Positions 9,239 through 17,257 of a DNA stretch of 64,000 nucleotides are shown here, in pieces (positions within the stretch are counted from its first letter, which is position 1; the number at the start of each line of letters is the position of its first letter). Below the pieces are notes generated by a model. It was not told where the DNA came from, made no database searches, and worked only from the letters and a program-made list of their open reading frames with translations. This stretch comes from Terriglobia bacterium. Its GTDB lineage: Bacteria; Acidobacteriota; Vicinamibacteria; Vicinamibacterales; CAVVIG01. Made by a program: the position numbers and the translations under genes. Location: contig JAIQFX010000007.1 of assembly GCA_020073005.1 (NCBI GenBank), forward strand, positions 51,712 to 115,711, given 5' to 3'.

Positions 9239-10364
9239 GGCGATCGTCCTTCGCGCCCGCGGACGGCGTCGGGATGAGATCGTCGGTCGTGCTCAGCTTG
9301 CGCGACGCGACGTACCCCGCTCCGGCGAGCGCGCCCAGCACCGCGCCGGCGACGCCGGTCGCGAGCGGGCTGATGTGGCTCTCCGGCGGCTGGACCGCCG
9401 GATACGTGTCGGGCGGCGCCGGCCGCTCGATCTCCACCGTCGTGTGCATCGGCACGCGGAACGCGATCTTCTGCTCCGTGCACCCGACGCACGGATGACC
9501 GATCCCGATGGGCCACGCGCCGACGACCTCGCTGAAATGCTGCACCGAGCAACTGGCGTGCGTCACCGGCCCCTTGCAGCCGAGCTTGTAGAGGCAGTAG
9601 CCGTTGCGGTGGCCTTCGTCGCCGTACTTCTCGGCGAAGCGTCCGGCGTCGAAGTGCGCGCGGCGCGAGCAGTGTTCGTGCACCGTCTGCCCGTACGCGA
9701 ACTTCGGCCGGTTCTGCGCATCGAGCGCGGGCAGCGTGCCGAACGTCGCGTACTGGAGAACCGTGCCGAGGAAGTTGTACGGGTTGGCCGGACAGCCGGG
9801 AATGTTGACGACCGTCTTCCCTTTCAAGATCTCGTGCGCACCGACCGCGCCGGTCGGATTGGGATCAGCCGAGGGGACGCCGCCCCACGACGCGCACGAT
9901 CCGATCGCGATCACCGCCCCTGCCTGCCCGGCCACGTCGTTGATGATCTCGATCGCCGTGCGGCCGCCGATCATGCAGTAGATGCCGTTTTCCTTCGTCG
10001 GGATCGCGCCTTCGACCACGCACACGTACTTGCCGGCGTTGGCTTTCATCGCCTGCTTCAGCGCGGCTTCCGCCTGATGGCCGGCCGCGGCGAAAAGCGT
10101 TTCGTGGTAGTCGAGCGAAATCAGATCGAGGATGAGGTCGTCCACCGCGGGATGCGTCGTGCGCAGCAGCGATTCCGTGCAGCCGGTGCATTCCTGGAAC
10201 TGGAGCCAGATCACGGAGGGCTTGGCGCCGCGCGCGGCCGCTTCGAGGAAGCGTTCCGCGGCGAGCGGTCCCAGGCCGACGGCGGCCGCCGCCAGCGTGC
10301 AGAGCCGCACGAAATCACGTCGCGATTGGGAAGCAGGCGAGTCGAATGAAACCGGGGCGAGCAT
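9225..10364 (-). CDS. hybO: [NiFe] hydrogenase small subunit, Tat signal
   Basis: 379 aa. Tat motif SRRDFVRL; cluster ligands ECTGC, GSCASWGG, PGCPANP, HPCVGCTE; C-terminal TM anchor. GGAGG lies ~9 nt upstream of ATG 10364. Confidence 0.92.
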   Translation of the reverse strand: MLAPVSFDSPASQSRRDFVRLCTLAAAAVGLGPLAAERFLEAAARGAKPSVIWLQFQECTGCTESLLRTTHPAVDDLILDLISLDYHETLFAAAGHQAEAALKQAMKANAGKYVCVVEGAIPTKENGIYCMIGGRTAIEIINDVAGQAGAVIAIGSCASWGGVPSADPNPTGAVGAHEILKGKTVVNIPGCPANPYNFLGTVLQYATFGTLPALDAQNRPKFAYGQTVHEHCSRRAHFDAGRFAEKYGDEGHRNGYCLYKLGCKGPVTHASCSVQHFSEVVGAWPIGIGHPCVGCTEQKIAFRVPMHTTVEIERPAPPDTYPAVQPPESHISPLATGVAGAVLGALAGAGYVASRKLSTTDDLIPTPSAGAKDDRHVDQ

Positions 10365-10501
10365 TGGGACGCACCTCCACGGCGGTTTGAACGGATCGTC
10401 AGCAACGGGAATGCCATCCTCGGAACGGGATTCCGGCGCGTTTTTCGACGGAAGCGAGCCGTTTTGCCGGATTGAGCAGTGCGGGTGCCGGAAAGACGAA
10501 A

Positions 10502-11356
10502 TCAGCGTGCCGGAGTCCGAGTCCCCCAGACGCCGGCGGTCGCATCGAGGCGCTGCCGGGCGGCCTCGAGCCGTTGCCGTAAGGCGGGCGCATCGAGGCG
10601 ATGCAGCGCGGCCATCGCCTCACTCAGGTCGTCCTTCGCGTCGTAGATCATGCCCGTCCGCTCGGCGCGGTTTTCGCGGTCGCCGATCGCGGCGACGATG
10701 GGACCGAACGCGTCGGCGCGCTCGCGCAACTGGTTCAGCGTCTCGACGGCGCGGCGCATCAGCGCCGGGTAATCCTCCCGCGCCGATCCGCGCACGTGAC
10801 ACGCGGCGCAGCGCGCCTCGAGCGCCGCGGGCGTCGGCACGCGGTCGCCCATCGATCCGTGGCACGTCACGCACGTCGGCGCGCGCCGATCGCCGGCCAC
10901 CACGAGCGACTGATGCAGGCTCTTGCCGAACGCGAACGCCTCCCGCCGATGACACGCGCCGCAGGTGTCGCTCAGGTTGGCGGGATTGATCGGACTCCGA
11001 AAATTGGCGGGCGCGAGCACGCCGCGATGCGCCTGAACCGGATCAGTGCTGGCCGGATCCCCGCCATGACACTTCTCACAACCCACACCATGCGCGGCGT
11101 GGACCGAATCCAGCCACTGTCCGGCTTTAACTTCCTCCATGGCGACTTCCGGCGACGTGCTCGCGATATGGCAGACGGCGCACGGCGAGGCTCCCGCTAG
11201 CTCGAGGCGATCGCGCTCAGACGCGAACGCGGATGTGCACAGGATCGACAGCGCCGTGGCAACCAGGGTGGTTCGCAGGGGCACCCCGCGCGTCGGTCGG
11301 CGGGATGTCCAGACGGCCTTCCATCTCTGGCAGATATGAAAGCCCTGCTGCGTCAT
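10502..11356 (-). CDS. Pentahaem c-type cytochrome (paralog A)
   Basis: Five CxxCH motifs (CAVCH, CEKCH, CGACH, CVTCH, CAACH) after a signal-like segment, and a helical C-terminal third. Start chosen at ATG 11356; the ORF extends to 11419. Confidence 0.8.
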   Translation of the reverse strand: MTQQGFHICQRWKAVWTSRRPTRGVPLRTTLVATALSILCTSAFASERDRLELAGASPCAVCHIASTSPEVAMEEVKAGQWLDSVHAAHGVGCEKCHGGDPASTDPVQAHRGVLAPANFRSPINPANLSDTCGACHRREAFAFGKSLHQSLVVAGDRRAPTCVTCHGSMGDRVPTPAALEARCAACHVRGSAREDYPALMRRAVETLNQLRERADAFGPIVAAIGDRENRAERTGMIYDAKDDLSEAMAALHRLDAPALRQRLEAARQRLDATAGVWGTRTPAR

Positions 11357-11636
11357 ACCAGAAATAGACACAGCAAACGGCCCGCCAAATCGACACACGC
11401 GCGGCGGGCGCAGTCGCAAGTCGCTTGCGATGGAGACAGTTAACGGTTCACGCGCCCCGGCGCCGCGAAAAAAGCACCACCGGGTCTGGATGATTTTTCG
11501 GCGGACACAATCGGACGTTTTTTCGTCGTCGCTGTTTTCAAGTCGCTGGGAACAACGAGATTAGCGCCGGAGTTCCATTCTGGAACGGCGTCGCTGCAGG
11601 ACCAACCACACCGGGCGACGCCGTATGCGCCGGACG

Positions 11637-12389
11637 TCAGCGGCCCGTGGGGACGACGGCCGCCGTGATCAGATCCAGACGTCGCTTGGCCGTATCGAGG
11701 CGTTCGGTGAGCGTGCGCAGATCGAAGGTGTGGACGCCGGCGATGGCTTCCTTGATCGCCGTGCGCGCGTCGTAGATCGACGCCAGCAGCTCCACGCGCC
11801 GGGTGCGATCCTGGATGCGCTCGATCGCCTCCTGCAACTCGTCGGCGCGCGCGCGCTGCGCGTTCAGGCGCTCGACGCCGTCGCGCATCAGGCTCGGGTA
11901 TTCGCCGCGGGCGGAGCCGGACGGATGACAGGCCGCGCAGCGGGCTTCGAGCGCCACGGGCGACGGCACGCGGGCGATCATCACGCCGTGGCACGTCGTG
12001 CACGTCGGCGCGCGCTGATCGTCGGCGCGCACGAGAATCTGGTGGAGGCTCTGCCCGAACGCGAGCGCGTTCCGTTCGTGGCAGGGCGCGCACGTCCGCA
12101 CGAGGTTCGCGCGATAGACCGGGCTCGCGGGATTGTCCGAGCTGAGCACGCCGCGGTGCGCTTCGGCCGGCTGGAACGTCATCGGATCGCCGCCGTGGCA
12201 CTTGTCGCAGCCGACGTCGCGCTTGCCGTGCGGCGACTGCTGCCAGTCGCCGAGGTGCTGCGGCGCCGGGACGCTGGACATGTTGGCGAAATGACATTCG
12301 GCGCAGCGGCTGGTGGTCGTCTGCGCGAACGCTGCAGAGGCCAGGAGCGTTACGCAAAGGGCGATGATGAACGAGGATGTCGCGCGCAT
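11637..12389 (-). CDS. Pentahaem c-type cytochrome (paralog B)
   Basis: Five CxxCH motifs (CAECH, CDKCH, CAPCH, CTTCH, CAACH). Signal peptide MRATSSFIIALCVTLLASAAFA from ATG 12389. Colinear with paralog A, including the helical tail. Confidence 0.82.
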   Translation of the reverse strand: MRATSSFIIALCVTLLASAAFAQTTTSRCAECHFANMSSVPAPQHLGDWQQSPHGKRDVGCDKCHGGDPMTFQPAEAHRGVLSSDNPASPVYRANLVRTCAPCHERNALAFGQSLHQILVRADDQRAPTCTTCHGVMIARVPSPVALEARCAACHPSGSARGEYPSLMRDGVERLNAQRARADELQEAIERIQDRTRRVELLASIYDARTAIKEAIAGVHTFDLRTLTERLDTAKRRLDLITAAVVPTGR

Positions 12390-12391
12390 AT

Positions 12392-12455
12392 GGGTGCCTC
12401 GTGCGAGGTGCTGAGTGCCGTGCCAGGTGCACTCCGCACCTCGCACCAGGCACCC
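12392..12455 (-). promoter_or_regulatory. 20-bp inverted repeat (1 mismatch) forming a leader hairpin over the cytochrome RBS
   Basis: GGGTGCCTCGTGCGAGGTGC (12392-12411) pairs with GCACCTCGCACCAGGCACCC (12436-12455) around a 24-nt loop. The right arm is itself a GCACCNN heptamer array. The element lies between the Hsp20 stop (12468) and the cytochrome ATG (12389). Confidence 0.6.
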
Positions 12456-12467
12456 AGCACCCTCGTG

Positions 12468-12914
12468 TCACGCAGCGATCTCGAGGCGCCGTTTGGTCTC
12501 TTCGATCTTGGCCATCGGCATCTTCACCTCGAGCACGCCGTCCTTCACGATCGCCTTCGCCTCTTTGGTCTTCACGCCCTCGGGCAGCGCGATCGTGCGG
12601 AAGAACGAGCCGTAGCTCCTCTCGGAGCGATAGAAGCCCTTCTCCTTTTCTTCCTTCTCCATCTTCCGCTCACCGCTGATGGTCAGCTCGTTGTCGGTGA
12701 GCTCGACTTTGATGTCTTCCCGCTTCATCCCGGGCACGTCGGCCTTGACGATGAACTCGTTGCCTTTCTCGAGCACCTCGAGGTCGGGCGTCCAGGCGAA
12801 TTCGCTGGACATCGTGATCGGCCGGTCGAACCCGAACCGATCGAAGAACGAGTCGATGTCCCGGCTCAGTCGCCTGAGCATCGGGAATTCCGGTTTTACC
12901 AGTGTGGTGTTCAT
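12468..12914 (-). CDS. Hsp20/alpha-crystallin family small heat-shock protein
   Basis: 148 aa. Alpha-crystallin domain pattern (WTPDLEVLEKGNEFIVKADVPGMKREDIKVEL...SYGSFFRTIALPEGV...GVLEVKMP). Confidence 0.9.
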   Translation of the reverse strand: MNTTLVKPEFPMLRRLSRDIDSFFDRFGFDRPITMSSEFAWTPDLEVLEKGNEFIVKADVPGMKREDIKVELTDNELTISGERKMEKEEKEKGFYRSERSYGSFFRTIALPEGVKTKEAKAIVKDGVLEVKMPMAKIEETKRRLEIAA

Positions 12915-12921
12915 GACTACC

Positions 12922-12956
12922 TTCCTTCTTCTGCCTTCTGCCTTCTGCCTTCAACA
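12922..12956. repeat. Heptamer array TTCCTTC-(TTCTGCC)x3-TTCAACA
   Basis: Read directly. It spans from the ADH stop (12951-12953) to 8 nt before the Hsp20 ATG. On the mRNA strand it reads (GGCAGAA)x3-GAAGGAAGG and provides the SD. Confidence 0.9.
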
Positions 12957-14066
12957 TTCCTGATCCACGCCCATTCCGACCAACGTCTCCGCGCGCGTCT
13001 TGTGGGCCGGGGCAGGATGCAGCGCCACCTTCAGCACGCCGTCGCGCTGGTGGCTGAACAGGTCGAACGCGGACTCGATGTCGTCGAGCGCGAAGTGATG
13101 GGTGATGAGCGGGGTGAGATCGACGCGGCGATGCTCGATCATCGCCATCAGCCGTCGCATCCGCTCTTTGCCCCCGGGACAGAGCGTCGTGACAATCGTT
13201 TGATCACCGAGGCCGGCGTAGAGCGCCTGGTAGGGCGCGACGAGCTTGCCCGAGTAGACGCCGAGGCTCGAGAGCGTGCCGCCGGGACGAATCGCGCGCA
13301 GCGCGCTCTCGAACGTGTCCTGCTGCCCGAGCGCCTCGATCGCCACGTCGACGCCGCGGCCCTGGGTCAGCCGTTTGATTTCCGCGACCGGATCGCCGTC
13401 GCGGGTGTTGAGCGTGACGGTGGCGCCGAAGCGGCGCGCGACCTCGAGTCGATCGGACATCGCGTCGATGCCGATGATGAGCGACGCGCCTTTCAGTTTC
13501 GCGCCGAGGGTCGCGCACAACCCGATCGGCCCCTGCGCGAAAACCGCGACGCTGTCGCCGACGCTGACGCGGCCGCGCTCGGCGCCGGACAGCCCGGTGG
13601 AAAAGATGTCGGGGCACAGCACGACGTCCTCGTCCGTGAGCCCGCGCGGAATGGGAGCGAGGTTCGCTTTCGCATCCGGCACGAGCAGGTACTCCGCCCA
13701 TGCGCCGTTGATGGTGTTGCCGAACCTCCAGCCGCCCAGCGCGCCGCCGCACTGCGAGTGCGATCCGTTCAGGCAGTAGAAGCACTGCCCGCACGGCGTG
13801 ATGGCCCCGACGATGACGCGCTCGCCCACGGTGTAGAGATCGACGAGCCCGTCACCGAGTTCCTCGATGACGCCGACGGGTTCGTGTCCGAGAACCAGAC
13901 CCGGCTTGACCGGATACTCGCCGCGCACGATGTGCACGTCGGTGCCGCAGATGGTCGTCGTCGTAATGCGGATGACGGCTTCGCCTGCGCGCGGTCTGGG
14001 TTTCGGCACTTCCTCGACGGCGAGGCGGTCCTTCCCCTTGAACAGAACCGCTTTCATCGTTTTCAT
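12951..14066 (-). CDS. Zinc-dependent alcohol dehydrogenase (MDR family)
   Basis: 371 aa from MKTMKAVLF. Motifs GHEPVGVIEELG and a structural Zn Cys cluster (CGQCFYCLNGSHSQC). GGAG lies upstream of ATG 14066. Confidence 0.88.
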   Translation of the reverse strand: MKTMKAVLFKGKDRLAVEEVPKPRPRAGEAVIRITTTTICGTDVHIVRGEYPVKPGLVLGHEPVGVIEELGDGLVDLYTVGERVIVGAITPCGQCFYCLNGSHSQCGGALGGWRFGNTINGAWAEYLLVPDAKANLAPIPRGLTDEDVVLCPDIFSTGLSGAERGRVSVGDSVAVFAQGPIGLCATLGAKLKGASLIIGIDAMSDRLEVARRFGATVTLNTRDGDPVAEIKRLTQGRGVDVAIEALGQQDTFESALRAIRPGGTLSSLGVYSGKLVAPYQALYAGLGDQTIVTTLCPGGKERMRRLMAMIEHRRVDLTPLITHHFALDDIESAFDLFSHQRDGVLKVALHPAPAHKTRAETLVGMGVDQEC

Positions 14067-14172
14067 GGAGGAACTCCATAGGGAAAGAAGCACGAAGCGC
14101 GCCGTCGTAACTGCTTGCCACTGCGAGCGAACGAGCGGAAAATGCCGACGATTCGTCACGAGAATTCGGCAG

Positions 14173-14649
14173 ATGCCGGTGCAGCGTTTCCTCTCCGCGC
14201 AGAACGATTCGTATTCCGGCTTCGACGCCGCGCTCGGCGAGATCCGCGCGGGCCGCAAGACCGGCCACTGGATTTGGTACGTCTTCCCGCAGCTGTCAGG
14301 ACTGGGCGGTTCCGCGATGGCGCAGCGTTACGGCGTGGACGGCGTGGAAGAAGCCGTCGAGTACCTTCGGCATCCGGAGTTATGCGAACGGTTGCTGACG
14401 ATCACGGCCGCTGTGGCCGACCAGCTGCGCGCGGGGACGTCTGTCGAGCGGCTGATGGGATCGTCGATCGACGCGCTGAAGCTCGTGTCGTCGATGACGC
14501 TGTTCGCGAACGTCGCGCGACGGCTGGCTGTTGCCGAAGCGCAGCCGGCGCACGGCGCGCTCGCGCGCGCGGCCGACGACGTGCTGGCCGCGGCCGCCGC
14601 CGAGGGCTACCCGCCCTGCCGCTTCACGATCGATCAGCTGAATCAGTAA
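14173..14649 (+). CDS. DUF1810 family protein
   Basis: 158 aa from ATG 14173. MPVQRFLSAQ...GRKTGHWIWYVFPQLSGLG is the family signature as I recall it. Confidence 0.7.
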   Translation: MPVQRFLSAQNDSYSGFDAALGEIRAGRKTGHWIWYVFPQLSGLGGSAMAQRYGVDGVEEAVEYLRHPELCERLLTITAAVADQLRAGTSVERLMGSSIDALKLVSSMTLFANVARRLAVAEAQPAHGALARAADDVLAAAAAEGYPPCRFTIDQLNQ

Positions 14650-14650
14650 C

Positions 14651-14965
14651 TCAGACGGCGCGGGCCAACGTCGCCTCGGCGTGCGTGGTCGACCGTCCGA
14701 ACAACCCGCGGCAGGAGCGCCGCTGGCAGTTCTTCCTCGCTGCTCGTCGCGACTCGCCGATCGAGTTCTTTGATGATCGCGAGTTGTGCCTTGGGCTTCG
14801 GCAGATGCCACCACGCAGGCAGATCCACGGGACCGATGCTGCGCTCTCATGAATGGCGGATGGCGGTGCCTTCTTCTTACAACTCGTCGCGAATACGAGT
14901 GTGGCCACAAGCGCGCACGGAGTCAGAAACAGGACCGGCGCACGGCGCTTCCAGCGCGATGTCAT
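14651..14965 (-). CDS. Possible small lipoprotein (uncertain frame)
   Basis: ATG 14965 gives MTSRWKRRAPVLFLTPCALVATLVFATSC (signal plus lipobox-like Cys). Downstream, a second overlapping frame (14643-14828) looks more protein-like, so a frameshift or a spurious ORF is possible. Confidence 0.3.
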   Translation of the reverse strand: MTSRWKRRAPVLFLTPCALVATLVFATSCKKKAPPSAIHESAASVPWICLRGGICRSPRHNSRSSKNSIGESRRAARKNCQRRSCRGLFGRSTTHAEATLARAV

Positions 14966-15014
14966 GAGAAGCAGTCGTAAAGGGCGGCGAAGCGAAGTCA
15001 ATCGCGGGATGTGC

Positions 15015-15048
15015 AGCACCAGCCACCAGCCACCAGCCACCAGCCACC
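15015..15048. repeat. Heptamer array CAGCAC-(CAGCCAC)x4
   Basis: Read directly; intergenic, ~50 nt upstream of the arsR-family gene. Confidence 0.9.
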
Positions 15049-15085
15049 TCAGCCGCGGCGGCCCCGTCTGGACAGCCGCGGTGCT

Positions 15086-15097
15086 TATTAGCTAATA
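15086..15097. promoter_or_regulatory. Perfect 12-bp AT-rich palindrome TATTAGCTAATA overlapping the regulator start codon
   Basis: Read directly. It is self-complementary and its last base is the A of ATG 15097. Candidate ArsR-family auto-operator. Confidence 0.5.
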
Positions 15098-15426
15098 TGC
15101 TAACTATGCAAGGACGCAAGCGGCCGCCCAACGCCGTCTTCCGCGCGCTCGCGGACGAGACGCGGCGGCAGATCCTCGATTACCTCCGCGCGGGCCCGCG
15201 CACCTCCGGCGAGATCGCCGACCAGTTCCACTCGAGCTGGCCCACCATCTCGCGCCACCTCGCGGTCCTGCGCGCGGGCGGCCTCGTCGTCGCCGAGCGC
15301 AAGGGCCAGGCGATCTACTACGAGCTCAACACGTCGGTCTTCCAGGATCTGGTGCAGCATCTCGTGGCGTGCATGAAACCGGCGCGGCGCAGCGCTCCGC
15401 TCAGACGCCGCGCGCAGGAGGCGTAG
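15097..15426 (+). CDS. ArsR/SmtB-family (SdpR-like) transcriptional regulator
   Basis: 109 aa. wHTH pattern FRALADETRRQILDYL...SGEIADQF..SWPTISRHLAVLRAGGLV. Confidence 0.88.
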   Translation: MLTMQGRKRPPNAVFRALADETRRQILDYLRAGPRTSGEIADQFHSSWPTISRHLAVLRAGGLVVAERKGQAIYYELNTSVFQDLVQHLVACMKPARRSAPLRRRAQEA

Positions 15427-15428
15427 CG

Positions 15429-16073
15429 ATGGCCCCGAGAACAACGACACACGACGTCGACGCGCGCGCGATTGCGGTACTCGTGACGGGCTACCTCGTC
15501 GGCCTCGTCGCCTACCCGTACCTTCCCGGTCCGTTCCTGCAGAACGCGCTCTCGGCGCGACTCATGGTGGCGTTCACCCTGCCGACCACCGCGCTCGTGA
15601 TCTACGCCGTCTTCACGAACCTGTGGAAGCACGACCGCGTGCGCAGCGGCAACGGCGCCTTCGCGTCCACCTACCGCGCCATCGTCCTGCGCGCGCTGCT
15701 GTTCGTCGTCGCGCTCCACGCGATCGTGATGATCGAGCTGACCGACCTGATGGATGCCGCCGGCATCCGCACCGTCGCGGGACGCATGGTCATCGTGATC
15801 CTCGGGCTGACTTTCATCGCGATCGGCAACCTCCTGCCCCGCACGCGGCCCAACGTCGCCGTGGGCGTCCGCACCGAGCGGACGCTGACCAACGCTCGGC
15901 TCTGGCGGCAGGTGCACCGCGTCGGCGGCTACGCGACGGTCGGCCTCGGCGTCGTCATCTTCATCATCGGCCTCGTGATGACGAAGAAGAGCGCCGGCGC
16001 CCTCGTCCTCGGGGCCGCGGGCGTCGCGGCGATGGTCGTGCTCGCCTCGTACCGCAAGCACGCGCGTGCCTGA
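15429..16073 (+). CDS. SdpI/YhfL-family membrane protein
   Basis: 214 aa from ATG 15429, 2 nt after the regulator stop. Multiple TM helices and LPRTRPNVAVGVRTERTLTNARLW..HR motif typical of the SdpI family. Confidence 0.7.
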   Translation: MAPRTTTHDVDARAIAVLVTGYLVGLVAYPYLPGPFLQNALSARLMVAFTLPTTALVIYAVFTNLWKHDRVRSGNGAFASTYRAIVLRALLFVVALHAIVMIELTDLMDAAGIRTVAGRMVIVILGLTFIAIGNLLPRTRPNVAVGVRTERTLTNARLWRQVHRVGGYATVGLGVVIFIIGLVMTKKSAGALVLGAAGVAAMVVLASYRKHARA

Positions 16074-16491
16074 ACGTGAAATCGATCCGCGCCGGCTCCT
16101 CTGGGTCGGGCCGCTGACGATTCTCTCCTCGATTGCCGCCGTGCTCGGCGTGCGCGCCGTCGCGTTGCGACTGCTCGTCAAGCCGCGGAAGTTCGAGCCG
16201 CTCGACGTCGGCCCGCCCATCTTCGATACGGCCGTTCTCGTCGCAGCCGCGCTGATCGTCTTCGCCTTCGTCGCGGGTGCGTCCGCCCGCCCGTTCCGGC
16301 TCTATCGGCGGATCGCGTTCGTCGCGCTCCTCGTCTCGTTCGTCCCCGATCTCCTGCTGCCGGGCCGATTCCCGAACGCGACGTGGCCGCTCGCCACCGT
16401 CCTGATGATGATGCACGTCGCCGCGTGGGCCGTGACCGTCACGATGCTGACGACGCTCACGGCCCGACGCGAGGACGCATCGGAGCGCTGA
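16066..16491 (+). CDS. Hypothetical 4-TM membrane protein
   Basis: 141-aa ORF with a GTG start overlapping the previous stop by 8 nt. Four hydrophobic segments; no motif recognised. Confidence 0.55.
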   Translation: MPEREIDPRRLLWVGPLTILSSIAAVLGVRAVALRLLVKPRKFEPLDVGPPIFDTAVLVAAALIVFAFVAGASARPFRLYRRIAFVALLVSFVPDLLLPGRFPNATWPLATVLMMMHVAAWAVTVTMLTTLTARREDASER

Positions 16492-16492
16492 A

Positions 16493-17257
16493 ATGCTCGA
16501 CGTGCGCGCGCTCACGAAGCGGTACCGCGGCCTGCTGGCCGTGGACAACGTCAGCTTCACCGTCAACCGCGGCGAGATCGTCGGCTATCTCGGTCCGAAC
16601 GGGTCCGGCAAGAGCACGACGGTCAACATGGTCGTCGGACTGCTCGAGCCGAGCGCCGGGACGCTGCTTCTGAACGGCTGCAGCCAGTCGGACGACCCGG
16701 TCGCCTACAAGCGGCGCATCGGCTACGTGCCTGAAGAGCCGTACCTCTACACGCACCTCACAGCCACCGAATACCTGACGCTGGTCGGACGCCTGCGCGG
16801 CATCGCTCAGGCGCGGCTGGATCATGCCGTCCCCGAACTGCTCCGGCTCTTCCTGCTCTGGGACAGCCGGTACAGCACGATGGCGGCGTACTCCAAAGGC
16901 ATGCGGCAGCGCGTGCTCCTCGCGGCGGCGCTGCTCCACAATCCCGATCTGCTCGTCCTCGACGAGCCGTTCTCCGGCCTCGACGTGAACGCGAGCCTGC
17001 TCTTCCGGTCGCTGATCGGCATGTTCGCGGCCGAGGGGCGCATGATTCTCTTCAGCACGCACCGCTTCGACATGGTCGAGAAGATGTGCTCGCGCGTCGT
17101 CATCCTGTCCGCGGGACGCCTCGCCGCCGAACATCGCGTGTCGCGCGGCCGCGCGGGCGAGTCGGATTCGCTGGAGGCGCTCTTCGTGCGCGTGACCGCG
17201 CAGGAGGACTACGCGCCGGTCGCGCGCCGGATTCTCGACGTGGTGCAGGACGCATGA
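16493..17257 (+). CDS. ABC transporter ATP-binding protein
   Basis: Walker A GPNGSGKST, signature-like YSKGMRQR, Walker B LLVLDEPFSGLD. Confidence 0.92.
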   Translation: MLDVRALTKRYRGLLAVDNVSFTVNRGEIVGYLGPNGSGKSTTVNMVVGLLEPSAGTLLLNGCSQSDDPVAYKRRIGYVPEEPYLYTHLTATEYLTLVGRLRGIAQARLDHAVPELLRLFLLWDSRYSTMAAYSKGMRQRVLLAAALLHNPDLLVLDEPFSGLDVNASLLFRSLIGMFAAEGRMILFSTHRFDMVEKMCSRVVILSAGRLAAEHRVSRGRAGESDSLEALFVRVTAQEDYAPVARRILDVVQDA

